Below are positions 1 to 9,484 of a stretch of DNA of 64,000 nt, piece after piece. The position numbers and the translations under genes are program-made. Origin of the DNA: an uncultured Pelagibacteraceae bacterium (GTDB lineage: Bacteria > Pseudomonadota > Alphaproteobacteria > Pelagibacterales > Pelagibacteraceae); the NCBI GenBank assembly GCA_902519465.1, contig CABYJW010000003.1, positions 857 through 64,856 on the forward strand, written 5' to 3'. Each line of letters starts with the position of its first letter. The first letter of the stretch is position 1. The notes under the pieces were generated by a model. The model saw only the letters and a list, made by a program, of their open reading frames with translations, was not told where the DNA came from and ran no database searches.

Positions 1-93
1 CACAATTTATTGAAGTATCAAAGAAATTACCAACTTTAAAGGGTTTTTATATGGCATTGATATAAGTTAAAATAGAATGTAATTAGTCAATTC

Positions 94-1278
94 ATGTCTG
101 AAAAAAAATCAGTTGTAATTACATCGGCAGTCAGAACGGCTATTGGTTCTTTAGGGGGAACTCTAAAGAATATACCGGCTTATAAATTAGGCTCTTCGGT
201 AATCTCTAGTGCAATTAAAAAATCTAATTTAAAACCTTCGGAAATTGATGAAGTTATAATGGGGCATGTATTAACTGGTGGAGCTGGACAGAATCCGGCT
301 CGTCAAGCTGCGATAGAGTCAAGATTACCAAAAGAGATTCCTTCATATGTTGTAAATCAAGTTTGCGGATCAGGATTAAGATCTATAGCTTCTGGTTATC
401 ACTCAATTCTTTCTGATAACTCAAATATTGTTATTGCAGGCGGTCAAGAAAGTATGTCACAAGCTCCTCACGTCGTTCATCTAAGAAATGGAAAAAAATT
501 AGGAGATACGGAGCTGGTCGACTCTATGATTAAAGATGGCCTTTGGGATGCATTTAATGGTTATCACATGGGGATCACAGCAGAAAATGTTGCTGAACAA
601 TTTCAAGTAACAAGAAAAGATCAGGATAAATTTGCTTTTGACTCTCAGTCAAAAGCTTTAAAAGCACAAAAGGAAAATAAATTTGATGATGAAATAGTTC
701 CTTATGAAATTGAACTAAAAAAAGGTAATACTATTTTTAATAAAGACGAGCACCCAAGAGTTACTACATCGTTAGATACTTTAAGTAGATTACGTGGAGC
801 ATTTAAAAAAGATGGAACTGTTACTGCTGGGAATGCATCGGGTATTAATGATGGTGCGGCAGCTATTATTTTAATGTCAAAGGAAGAGGCAGAGAAAAGA
901 GGACTAAAACCTCTAGCAGAAATTAAATCATGGGCATCATGTGGCGTTGACCCATCGATTATGGGGACTGGACCTATACCATCTTCAAAAAAAGCTTTGG
1001 AAATTGCTGGATGGTCTTCAAAAGACTTGGACCTAATAGAAGCAAATGAAGCTTTTGCTGCACAAAGCTGTGCTGTTGTAAAAGAACTTTCGCTTCCAAT
1101 GGAAAAGGTAAATGTAAACGGTGGTTCAATTGCCCTTGGCCATCCAATTGGTGCTTCGGGCACGAGAATTTTTGTCACACTAATTCATGAAATGTTAAAA
1201 AGAGATTCCAAAAAGGGTCTGGCTACGCTATGTATTGGAGGAGGCATGGGCGTTGCTATGTGTATTGAACGAAAATGA
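94..1278 (+). CDS. acetyl-CoA C-acetyltransferase (thiolase II)
   Basis: 394-aa ORF with thiolase signatures VNQVCGSGLRS (active-site Cys), NGGSIALGHPIGASG and CIGGGMG near the C-terminus. Confidence 0.93.
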   Translation: MSEKKSVVITSAVRTAIGSLGGTLKNIPAYKLGSSVISSAIKKSNLKPSEIDEVIMGHVLTGGAGQNPARQAAIESRLPKEIPSYVVNQVCGSGLRSIASGYHSILSDNSNIVIAGGQESMSQAPHVVHLRNGKKLGDTELVDSMIKDGLWDAFNGYHMGITAENVAEQFQVTRKDQDKFAFDSQSKALKAQKENKFDDEIVPYEIELKKGNTIFNKDEHPRVTTSLDTLSRLRGAFKKDGTVTAGNASGINDGAAAIILMSKEEAEKRGLKPLAEIKSWASCGVDPSIMGTGPIPSSKKALEIAGWSSKDLDLIEANEAFAAQSCAVVKELSLPMEKVNVNGGSIALGHPIGASGTRIFVTLIHEMLKRDSKKGLATLCIGGGMGVAMCIERK

Positions 1279-1415
1279 AATTATCTAAACCAAGAAAAAA
1301 ACTAAAAAATAGAGCAATCAGTAAAGTACCATTTACTGTAAGAGGATATCAGTATTACTATGGAGCAATAATTTTAGTAGTTTTATTAATTGGTTTTAGC
1401 CAAGTATTTTCTTAA
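1275..1415 (+). CDS. candidate 46-aa tail-anchored small membrane protein (below ORF-track length cutoff)
   Basis: Hand-translated. ATG overlaps the thiolase TGA as ATGA. MKLSKPRKKLKNRAISKVPFTVRGYQYYYGAIILVVLLIGFSQVFS has a basic N-half and one C-terminal hydrophobic helix. Confidence 0.4.
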   Translation: MKLSKPRKKLKNRAISKVPFTVRGYQYYYGAIILVVLLIGFSQVFS

Positions 1416-1510
1416 TAAAATTTTCTGAATTAATACCTGTGAGTTTATATCGGGTCTTTTCTTTTTAAATATAAGTCTTAAAAGTTGCATAAAACATATT
1501 GCAAAATCGA

Positions 1511-1554
1511 AGTGTCAAAAAAGCGGATAAATTGTGTCAAAAATTGTGTATAAT
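1511..1554 (+). promoter_or_regulatory. candidate aceE promoter -10 (TATAAT 1549-1554) inside a direct-repeat, operator-like array
   Basis: AAATTGTGT occurs at 1529-1537 and 1541-1549 (12-nt period). GTGTCAAAAA occurs at 1512-1521 and 1534-1543 (22-nt period). TATAAT ends 6 nt before the aceE ATG. No good -35. Confidence 0.3.
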
Positions 1555-1560
1555 AAATGA

Positions 1561-4500
1561 ATGACTAAGAATATATCTGTTCCTGATATAGGTGATTTTA
1601 AGGATGTTGAGATAATCGAAGTACTTGTAAAACCTGGTGACCAAGTAAAAAAAAACGATCCAATTGTTACTTTGGAGAGCGACAAATCAAGTGTCGAGGT
1701 GCCTTCCCCAACTGAAGGTAAAATTTCTGAATTAAAAGTAAAAATTGGAGATAAGGTTTCTGAAGGAAGTGTTCTTGCCACCTTGGAAGGTGAAAATGAC
1801 AAGAAAGAGGAAGTTGCTTCTCCAAAAAAAGAAATTGAAGAGCCTAAAAAAGAAATAGTTCAACACACAGAAAAAACAAATGGGCTCAAGAATGGTAGAG
1901 AAACAATTTATGCTCAACCAATTTCTAAAGATGATATAGATCCTGCGGAAACACAAGAATGGTTGGACTCACTTAGAGCTGTAGTAAAATCAGACGGGTC
2001 CTCTAGAGCAGGTTATCTGCTTAAGAAAGTAATTGACGAAGCATATACTCAAGGATTAACTTTACCTGATACAAGAACTACACCTTATATTAACACTATA
2101 CCATCAACAGCTGACGTCAGATCCCCGGGTGATCAAAACTTAGAAAGAAAAATTAGAGCTTACATAAGATGGAATGCGGCTGCCATGGTTGTTAAAGCTA
2201 ACAAAAAAAATCCAGAGTTAGGTGGTCACATTGGTACTTTTGCATCTGCAGCAACGTTGTATGACGTCGGTATGAACCATTTTTGGAGAGCAAAAAATAA
2301 TAAGTTTGGAGGAGATTTAGTTTATTTTCAAGGTCACAGTGCGCCAGGTATGTATGCAAGAGCTTTTTTAGAGGGAAGAATATCAGAAAAACAATTGGAT
2401 AAATTTAGACAAGAAGTTGAAAAAGGTGGATTGTCCTCTTACCCGCATCCATGGTTGATGCCAAAATTTTGGCAGTTCCCAACTGTATCTATGGGACTTG
2501 GACCAATGATGGCAATTTATCAAGCAAGGTTTACTAAGTATTTAATTAACAGAGGTCTTTTAAAAAATCAGGATAGAAAAATTTGGTGTCACTTGGGTGA
2601 TGGTGAAATGGACGAACCTGAAAGTTTTGGTGCAGTGGGACTAGCAGCACGAGAGAAACTAGATAATTTAATTTTTGTTATAAATTGTAACCTTCAAAGA
2701 TTGGACGGGCCTGTGAGAGGTAATGGAAAAATTATTCAAGAACTTGAAGGTAGATTTAGAGGATCAGGATGGAATGTAATCAAAGTTATTTGGGGTTCTT
2801 ACTGGGATCAACTTTTATTTAAAGATAAAACTGGTTTACTAGTTAAAAGAATGACTGAGGCAGTCGATGGTGAATATCAGGCATTCAAAGCCAAAGGTGG
2901 AGCTTACGTAAGAGAGAAATTTTTTGGTAAATATCCTGAATTAAAAGACTTGGTAGCAAATATGACTGATGCTGATATTTGGAAATTAAATAGAGGAGGA
3001 CACGATCCTCATAAAGTTTACTCAGCTTATCATGCTGCTGTTCAATGCAAAGGTAAGCCAACAGTAATAATAGCTAAAACAATTAAAGGCTACGGGATGG
3101 GTAAATCTGGTGAGAGTATAAATACGACACACCAACAAAAGAAATTAGACGAGGAAGATTTATTATTTTACAGAGATAGATTTAATGTACCACTTACTGA
3201 TAAACAGGTTAAAAATATTGAATATTACAAGCCAGCAGAAAATTCCCCAGAAATAAAGTATTTAAAAAATTGCAGAGTTAAGCTTGGTGGACACATTCCT
3301 GAGAGAACCACTTTTGCAAAACCAGTTAAAACACCTCCTCAAGACATCTTTGAAAGTTTTATGAAGTCCACGGGTGATAAGGAAATGTCAACTACCATGG
3401 CCCTTGTAAGAATGCTTGCGAATTTACTTAGAGATAAAAATGTTGCTCCAAGACTAGTACCAATCATTGCAGATGAAGCAAGAACTTTTGGTATGGAAGG
3501 TTTTTTTCAAAAAATTGGTATCTATGCGCATGAAGGTCAAAAATATGAACCTGTGGACTCTGAGCAATTAAGTTCTTACAGAGAAGATAAAAGTGGCCAA
3601 GTTTTACAAGAAGGTATTACAGAGGCAGGAGCAATGTCATCATGGATTGCAGCTGGAACTTCTTACACAAATCATGATTTAGAAATGGTTCCCATTTATT
3701 TATTTTATTCAATGTTTGGTTTTCAAAGAATTGGAGATTTAGCATGGGCTGCTGCAGATTCTCAGACCAGAGGTTTTTTGATTGGAGCAACATCCGGAAA
3801 AACAACTTTAGCAGGAGAAGGTTTGCAGCACCAAGATGGACATAGTCTTCTCATGGCATCTGCAATACCTAACTGCGTAAGTTATGACCCTACTTTTTCA
3901 TATGAGATGGCGGTCATTTTTAGAGATGGACTTAAGAGGATGCATGAAAAAAAAGAAAATATTTATTACTACATAACTGCAATGAACGAAAATTATACTC
4001 ATCCTGAAAAACCTGCCGGTTCAGATCAGGGGATACTAAAAGGAATGTATTTATTTAAAAATTATAAAGGAAAAGGTAAAGCTAAAGTTCAAATGCTAGG
4101 TTCAGGGTCAATTTTAAGAGAGGTAATAAAAGCTGCTGAGACTTTATCAAAAGATTATGGGATTGATTGTAATGTTTGGAGTGTAACTAGTTTCAATGAA
4201 TTAAAGAAAGACGGCATGGAGATTGAAAGAGGGAATTTACTAAATCCAAAAGATAAGCCAAAGAAAAGCTATGTGCAAAAATGTTTAAACTCACAAGAAG
4301 GTATTATATTTGCAGCATCAGATTATATAAGATCACATGCAGATCAAATAAGACCATATATTAATAAGCCATTCTATACTTTGGGTACCGATGGTTTTGG
4401 AAGAAGTGATACAAGAAAAGAATTAAGAAAGTTTTTTGAAGTTGATAAAAAACACATTGTTACATACACTTTAAGCGCTTTAGCAAAAGAGCAATTACTG

Positions 4501-4575
4501 GCAACAGAACATGCAGAAAAAGCTATTAAAAAATACGATATTGATCAAAAAAAGGTTTTTCCAACAAAGTTATAA
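1561..4575 (+). CDS. aceE: pyruvate dehydrogenase E1 component, homodimeric AceE type, with N-terminal lipoyl domain fusion
   Basis: 1004 aa. Residues from about 115 match AceE (DPAETQEWLDSL, GHIGTFASAATLY, GDGEMDEPES ThDP motif). Residues 1-77 are a lipoyl-attachment domain (LESDKSSVEVPS) joined by a K/E/P-rich linker. Confidence 0.93.
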   Translation: MTKNISVPDIGDFKDVEIIEVLVKPGDQVKKNDPIVTLESDKSSVEVPSPTEGKISELKVKIGDKVSEGSVLATLEGENDKKEEVASPKKEIEEPKKEIVQHTEKTNGLKNGRETIYAQPISKDDIDPAETQEWLDSLRAVVKSDGSSRAGYLLKKVIDEAYTQGLTLPDTRTTPYINTIPSTADVRSPGDQNLERKIRAYIRWNAAAMVVKANKKNPELGGHIGTFASAATLYDVGMNHFWRAKNNKFGGDLVYFQGHSAPGMYARAFLEGRISEKQLDKFRQEVEKGGLSSYPHPWLMPKFWQFPTVSMGLGPMMAIYQARFTKYLINRGLLKNQDRKIWCHLGDGEMDEPESFGAVGLAAREKLDNLIFVINCNLQRLDGPVRGNGKIIQELEGRFRGSGWNVIKVIWGSYWDQLLFKDKTGLLVKRMTEAVDGEYQAFKAKGGAYVREKFFGKYPELKDLVANMTDADIWKLNRGGHDPHKVYSAYHAAVQCKGKPTVIIAKTIKGYGMGKSGESINTTHQQKKLDEEDLLFYRDRFNVPLTDKQVKNIEYYKPAENSPEIKYLKNCRVKLGGHIPERTTFAKPVKTPPQDIFESFMKSTGDKEMSTTMALVRMLANLLRDKNVAPRLVPIIADEARTFGMEGFFQKIGIYAHEGQKYEPVDSEQLSSYREDKSGQVLQEGITEAGAMSSWIAAGTSYTNHDLEMVPIYLFYSMFGFQRIGDLAWAAADSQTRGFLIGATSGKTTLAGEGLQHQDGHSLLMASAIPNCVSYDPTFSYEMAVIFRDGLKRMHEKKENIYYYITAMNENYTHPEKPAGSDQGILKGMYLFKNYKGKGKAKVQMLGSGSILREVIKAAETLSKDYGIDCNVWSVTSFNELKKDGMEIERGNLLNPKDKPKKSYVQKCLNSQEGIIFAASDYIRSHADQIRPYINKPFYTLGTDGFGRSDTRKELRKFFEVDKKHIVTYTLSALAKEQLLATEHAEKAIKKYDIDQKKVFPTKL

Positions 4576-4581
4576 AGTTTA

Positions 4582-5835
4582 ATGTCTGAAAAAAAAATAT
4601 TAGTCCCAAACATCGGAGATTTTAAAAATGTTGAAGTGATTGAAGTATTGGTTAAGTCAGGACAACAGATCAAAAAAAATGATCCTTTAATTACTTTAGA
4701 AAGTGATAAATCAAGTGTCGAAGTACCTGCTACAGATGAAGGAAAAATCAATAAAATAAGTGTTAAAGTTGGTGACAAAGTTTCTGAGGGAAATGAGATT
4801 CTATCATTGGAAACTATTAGTAAAAATGACGAAAGTAAAAAGATAACAAAAGTAAAAGAGAATATTGCTCCAAAAGAAATAGTGGAAGAAACTCTAAAAG
4901 AAATAGTTCCGGCAGTTAAAAAAGTAACTGGTGAAGGTATTTCGTCTGCAAGTCCAAAGGTGAGAAAATTTGCAAGGGAACTAGGTGCTGATATTGTTCA
5001 GATACCTGGATCAAAAAGAGCTGGAAGAGTAACTGAGGATGATGTGAAAAAATTTGTAAGATCACAAGTATCAGTTAATGAAGGAAAGGTTGAGAAAAAA
5101 ATCTATAAGGATGAATATCCTCATGAAGCATTTGGTGAAATAGAAAAAAAAGATCTTCCAAGAGTAAAAAAGCTTTCTGGTCCTCAACTTGTAAGATCTT
5201 GGACTGAAATTCCCCATGTAACCCAGCACGATGAAATAGATATTACTGAAATGGAACAGTTTAGAACAACTTTAATTGATAACTATACTGGTGAAAGGAT
5301 CAGAATAAGTCCTTTAGCATTTATAACTAGAGCTGTAGTTAATGCATTAAAAGAATATCCTAATTTTAATTCATCTATAGATACTGCAACTAACAAATTA
5401 ATATTTAAAAAATATTATCATGTTGGTTTTGCCGTAGATACACCACATGGTTTGATGGTTCCAAAAATGAGAAATGTTGATCAAATGGGTTTAAAAGAAA
5501 TTTATGAAGAACTTAAAAGAGTAAGTAAATTATGTAAGGAGCTAAAAATTGATAAAAAAGAATTCTTTGGTGGTTCTATGACAATATCAAGCCTTGGCGG
5601 TATCGGAGGAAATTTTTTTACACCAATTATAAATCCTCCTGAAGTAGCAATTCTAGGAGTGGGAAAAACATTTGAAAAAGTGAAGAAAGTAAATGGTCAG
5701 TTTATCGAAAGAAAAATATTACCAATCTCTTTGTCATATGACCACAGAGTTATAGATGGTGCTGAAGGTGCAAGATTTTGTGTCCACTTATCTAAAAGCT
5801 TAGGTAAAGATTTTGCATTCAAGCTAGCTGTCTAA
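4582..5835 (+). CDS. aceF: dihydrolipoamide acetyltransferase (PDH E2), single lipoyl domain
   Basis: 417 aa with a lipoyl domain (LESDKSSVEVPA), a subunit-binding domain (ASPKVRKFARELGADI) and a catalytic domain with SYDHRVIDGA. Confidence 0.92.
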   Translation: MSEKKILVPNIGDFKNVEVIEVLVKSGQQIKKNDPLITLESDKSSVEVPATDEGKINKISVKVGDKVSEGNEILSLETISKNDESKKITKVKENIAPKEIVEETLKEIVPAVKKVTGEGISSASPKVRKFARELGADIVQIPGSKRAGRVTEDDVKKFVRSQVSVNEGKVEKKIYKDEYPHEAFGEIEKKDLPRVKKLSGPQLVRSWTEIPHVTQHDEIDITEMEQFRTTLIDNYTGERIRISPLAFITRAVVNALKEYPNFNSSIDTATNKLIFKKYYHVGFAVDTPHGLMVPKMRNVDQMGLKEIYEELKRVSKLCKELKIDKKEFFGGSMTISSLGGIGGNFFTPIINPPEVAILGVGKTFEKVKKVNGQFIERKILPISLSYDHRVIDGAEGARFCVHLSKSLGKDFAFKLAV

Positions 5836-6732
5836 ATGAATAAAAAAATATTTTCGCTAATTTGCGCGGTCTCTTGTTCATTAATTTGGGGAACAGCATT
5901 TGTTGCTCAGGATATGGGTATGGACTACATAGGACCTTACACATTTTCTGCTGTCAGGTTGTTGCTAGGATTTTTCACCCTATTACCTTTTTTTTTTATT
6001 TTTGAATTTAAAAAAGTCAAAGAGACAAAATTAAGTTTTGAAAAAATATTTATTTACCTTTTTTTTCTTGGTTTTTTCTTAGCAGGTGGAAATATTTTTC
6101 AACAAGTTTCTCTTTTGTATACTGATGTTGCTAATTCAGCAGTTTTTACAGTTTTGTATGTAGTGATCGTTCCTATAATAGCCTACTTTCTTTTCTCAAA
6201 AAAAATTCATAATTCCGTTTGGCCTTCGGTTTTGATGTGTTTAGTCGGAGGTTTATTTTTAAGTGAACTTGGAAATCTACGTGTGAGGTTTGGTGACTCT
6301 TTAGTTGTAGTAGGTGCTTTTTTTTGGGCTTTCCACATAGTATTTATATCGAAATTTCTAAAGATTTTTAATTACCCAATCACAATTGCAACTTTTCAAT
6401 GTTTAAGTGCCTCTCTAATTTCTTTTATACCGGCTTTCTCCTTTGAATTTATTTCACTAAAACTTATATCAATGGAGACTGCCGAATTAATTTATGCGGG
6501 AGTTTTATCGAGTGGAATAGCTTTTATGCTGCAGGTTTTTGGACAGCAAAATCTTTCCCCTGCACCTGTCGCTATTATTTTTTCTCTAGAGGGTGTTTTT
6601 GGATCCATTGCAGCCTGGATAGTATTAGATCAATATTTAAATGAATTTAAAATATTTGGAATAATAATAATTTTATCAGCAGTTATTTTCTCACAACTAG
6701 CTCCAATGTATGGTAAAAGAAAATATGGATGA
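5836..6732 (+). CDS. EamA/DMT-family transporter
   Basis: 298 aa, about 10 hydrophobic helices in two EamA-like halves. ATG directly abuts the aceF stop. Confidence 0.8.
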   Translation: MNKKIFSLICAVSCSLIWGTAFVAQDMGMDYIGPYTFSAVRLLLGFFTLLPFFFIFEFKKVKETKLSFEKIFIYLFFLGFFLAGGNIFQQVSLLYTDVANSAVFTVLYVVIVPIIAYFLFSKKIHNSVWPSVLMCLVGGLFLSELGNLRVRFGDSLVVVGAFFWAFHIVFISKFLKIFNYPITIATFQCLSASLISFIPAFSFEFISLKLISMETAELIYAGVLSSGIAFMLQVFGQQNLSPAPVAIIFSLEGVFGSIAAWIVLDQYLNEFKIFGIIIILSAVIFSQLAPMYGKRKYG

Positions 6733-7111
6733 AACTAATTCAGGTTATGCAAAACATGTTGGCGGACTTAAGGGTAAAAAAATTGATAGTGCTCTTTTTG
6801 AATACGAAACTGAAGTAAAGGAAATGCATCTTAATACTGCTGGTATGGCACATGGTGGGTTCCTTACTTTTATAGCTGACACTGGTATGGGTAATGCTGC
6901 GCATCAAGTTGCTGGCAACAAAAGATGTGTAACAATTTCCTTAGAAATGAAATTTATATCTGCGGGTAAATTAGGCGACAAACTTATTGCTAAAGTAAAA
7001 GTTCAAAAGAAAACTAATACTTTAGTATTCTTAACCTGTGAGATTATTAACTCGCAAGGTGTAGTGGCTGTTACCTCGGGTGTATGGAAAATTTTGAAAG
7101 TTGATAAATAA
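6710..7111 (+). CDS. PaaI-family hotdog-fold thioesterase
   Basis: 133 aa. HGGFLTFIADTGMG is typical of PaaI/YdiI thioesterases. Start at 6710 or 6725, and both overlap the upstream gene. Confidence 0.7.
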   Translation: MVKENMDETNSGYAKHVGGLKGKKIDSALFEYETEVKEMHLNTAGMAHGGFLTFIADTGMGNAAHQVAGNKRCVTISLEMKFISAGKLGDKLIAKVKVQKKTNTLVFLTCEIINSQGVVAVTSGVWKILKVDK

Positions 7112-7112
7112 A

Positions 7113-9473
7113 TCAATTCGCTTTGGTTCTTCTATAATTAAAATATCCAAAAATGAAAAGAGTTATTAATGAAAATGGATAAATAATTGCTTTATTAGGT
7201 CTATCTAAGTTTTCGATTTTAAATTCACTTATTACATCTCCTGTTTCCATTCCCATTTTTTTTGCTATTCCATTCCACTTCAAATTATCAACTGTAATTC
7301 TACCATCGATATTTTTTAAAGTTATACCTGCATCTTCTAAGGAATACTGATTTTCAAAACTTTTTTTATCTATCACAAAAAGTCTATACCGATCCCCGTA
7401 CTCTGTTCTTCTTGTTACTTTAATATGCACATCCCTATTCGATTCAAACTCAATCAAACTAATTTTTTTAGCATTGAGTTGTTTATTTTCAAATTTTGGA
7501 GAAAATTTATCTAAAATATATCCTGGTCTGAATAATGACATAGCTATTACAATAAAAATAATAATTTCATACCATCTAAGTTTATTTATAAACCAACCCT
7601 GTGTTGCTGAGGTGAATACCAAAATTGCTATCAGAGAGGTTGTAACAACTAAAAATCCATGCCACAAACTTTCTATACCAATCAATAACAATTCATTATT
7701 AAAAATAAATACTATCGGAAGTATTCCAGTTCTTAAACTATACCAAAAAGCTTGTATTCCTGTTTTGATTGGATCTGCTCTTGAAATTGCTGCTGCTGCA
7801 TAAGATGCCAAACCAACAGGAGGTGTGACATCCGCCATTAATCCATAATAAAAAACATATAAATGAATTGCAATTAGTGGAAAAATATAACCAGAAGCAT
7901 TTCCTACTTCTACAACTACCTGTGCCATCAAAGCGGCAACAACTAAATAGTTTGCAGTTGTTGGCAAACCCATTCCCAAGATAATACAAAGTAAGGCAGT
8001 AAGTACTAATAAAGTTATTATATTCCCACCAGATATTGCCTCTACAATAACTATTAAGTTGTTGCTTAACCCGGTAGAAGCTACTGCACCGACTATTATT
8101 CCTGCGGTTGCTATTGCGATTGCAACGCTGATCATATTGATTGCTCCTTTTTCAAGACCTCCAATAACTTTGTTAAAGCCCAATTTAAGTGCATTGGACA
8201 AAGTAAGATTATTTTTTTTTGCGTCTAATAATTCTTTTACAAAAATTATTACCATTAATGATAATATTGAATAAAACACAGATGAAGCAGCTGTCCATCT
8301 TTCAACTAAAAGCAAATAAATAAGAATAAAAATTGGGATAAGAAAGTGAATTCCTCCTAAAAATGTTTTTCCTAATTTGGGAATTTCACTTTCAGGTAAT
8401 CCTTTAATATTTAATTTCACGGATTCTAAATGTGAAATATAAAATAAAGCAATATAAGAAATAACCGCTGGTAAAAACGCATGAGTAATAACAGTAAAAT
8501 ATGATATGCCTAAAAGTTCTGCCATAACAAAAGCTGCGGCCCCCATAATTGGTGGCATAATCTGTCCGTTTACAGAAGCAGCTACTTCAACAGCTCCCGC
8601 CTTAACTGACGGTAAGCCAGTTTTTTTCATAATTGGTATTGTAAATGTCCCAGTAGTTACAGTATTTGCAACAGACGAACCAGAAATCAAACCGGTTAAT
8701 CCTGAGGCTAAAATTGCTGCTTTAGCCGGACCGCCTCTCATTTTTCCAACTAAAGCAAATGCAAGATTTAAAAAATATTTTCCTCCTCCGGCAACATCTA
8801 AAATTGCGCCAAATAATACAAATAGAAATATAAAACTGACTGAGACACTTATTGGTATCCCAAATATTGCCTCTCCACCAAACCAATGATAACCCACTAA
8901 TCTTGTCAAAGATAATCCTTGATGCGAAATTAGATCTGGCATTGATTGTCCAAATACTGAAAAAAGTAAAAAAATTAATGCAATAACTACTAATGGAATT
9001 CCAATGGCTCTTCGTGTGGCCTCTAACAAAAGAATAATTCCTAAAGATCCTAGTATAACTTCATAAGGTATAGCAAAACCAAATAAATTTGTTTTAGCCA
9101 TTATTCCTTGGCGATAAACTAAGCCTTCGTAATCAAAGAATATATATAATGTTGCCACCAAACCTATAATTACTAAGAAAATATCAAATATAGATATTGG
9201 TTTGTCTCTACTTTTTTTTAGACCTGGATACGCTAAAAAACATAGTGCCAATCCAAATGCAAGATGGACTGAACGTGCTGGTACATCAATTATTTTTCCG
9301 AAATCTAATATGAATGGTAACGGAGATGCATACCAAAGCTGAAATAATGACCACGAAATAGCAATCGTGGCAACAAGTTTTAAATTCCAATTTTTTAATT
9401 TTCTTCTTGAGCCACCTTCTTCGTCAAATCTTTCAAAAAAATTTGGTTTGTCTGGATCTGGTGCTGAACTCAT
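7113..9473 (-). CDS. TRAP transporter fused permease (TAXI-associated 4TM/12TM type) with C-terminal extra domain
   Basis: 786 aa, polytopic, glycine-rich DctM-like helices. The C-terminal roughly 130 aa look soluble and are followed by a final TM helix, as in DUF3394-type fusions. Lies downstream of a TAXI receptor gene. Confidence 0.85.
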   Translation of the reverse strand: MSSAPDPDKPNFFERFDEEGGSRRKLKNWNLKLVATIAISWSLFQLWYASPLPFILDFGKIIDVPARSVHLAFGLALCFLAYPGLKKSRDKPISIFDIFLVIIGLVATLYIFFDYEGLVYRQGIMAKTNLFGFAIPYEVILGSLGIILLLEATRRAIGIPLVVIALIFLLFSVFGQSMPDLISHQGLSLTRLVGYHWFGGEAIFGIPISVSVSFIFLFVLFGAILDVAGGGKYFLNLAFALVGKMRGGPAKAAILASGLTGLISGSSVANTVTTGTFTIPIMKKTGLPSVKAGAVEVAASVNGQIMPPIMGAAAFVMAELLGISYFTVITHAFLPAVISYIALFYISHLESVKLNIKGLPESEIPKLGKTFLGGIHFLIPIFILIYLLLVERWTAASSVFYSILSLMVIIFVKELLDAKKNNLTLSNALKLGFNKVIGGLEKGAINMISVAIAIATAGIIVGAVASTGLSNNLIVIVEAISGGNIITLLVLTALLCIILGMGLPTTANYLVVAALMAQVVVEVGNASGYIFPLIAIHLYVFYYGLMADVTPPVGLASYAAAAISRADPIKTGIQAFWYSLRTGILPIVFIFNNELLLIGIESLWHGFLVVTTSLIAILVFTSATQGWFINKLRWYEIIIFIVIAMSLFRPGYILDKFSPKFENKQLNAKKISLIEFESNRDVHIKVTRRTEYGDRYRLFVIDKKSFENQYSLEDAGITLKNIDGRITVDNLKWNGIAKKMGMETGDVISEFKIENLDRPNKAIIYPFSLITLFIFGYFNYRRTKAN

Positions 9474-9484
9474 TGTGAGACAAT

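Noticed and set aside
702-1178. Long antisense ORFs in the track: 702-1178(-), 8506-8889(+), 25310-25792(+), 26963-27355(-), 39999-40370(+), 49747-50157(+), 59410-59880(+) and similar
   Set aside because: Each lies entirely inside a strongly supported, motif-bearing gene on the opposite strand. Each has low-complexity S/P/L/F-rich translations with no recognisable motifs. These are the typical shadow ORFs of a codon-biased, AT-rich genome.
1504-1514. 11-mer AAATCGAAGTG shared between the aceE upstream region (1504-1514) and the micro-ORF upstream region (16019-16029)
   Set aside because: Many exact 11-mer matches are expected by chance in 64 kb of AT-biased sequence on two strands, and there is no extended similarity around it.
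1521-1531. DnaA-box-like GCGGATAAA near the aceE promoter
   Set aside because: It matches only 6 of 9 positions of TGTGGATAA, occurs once, and has no AT-rich unwinding repeats or origin-type gene context.
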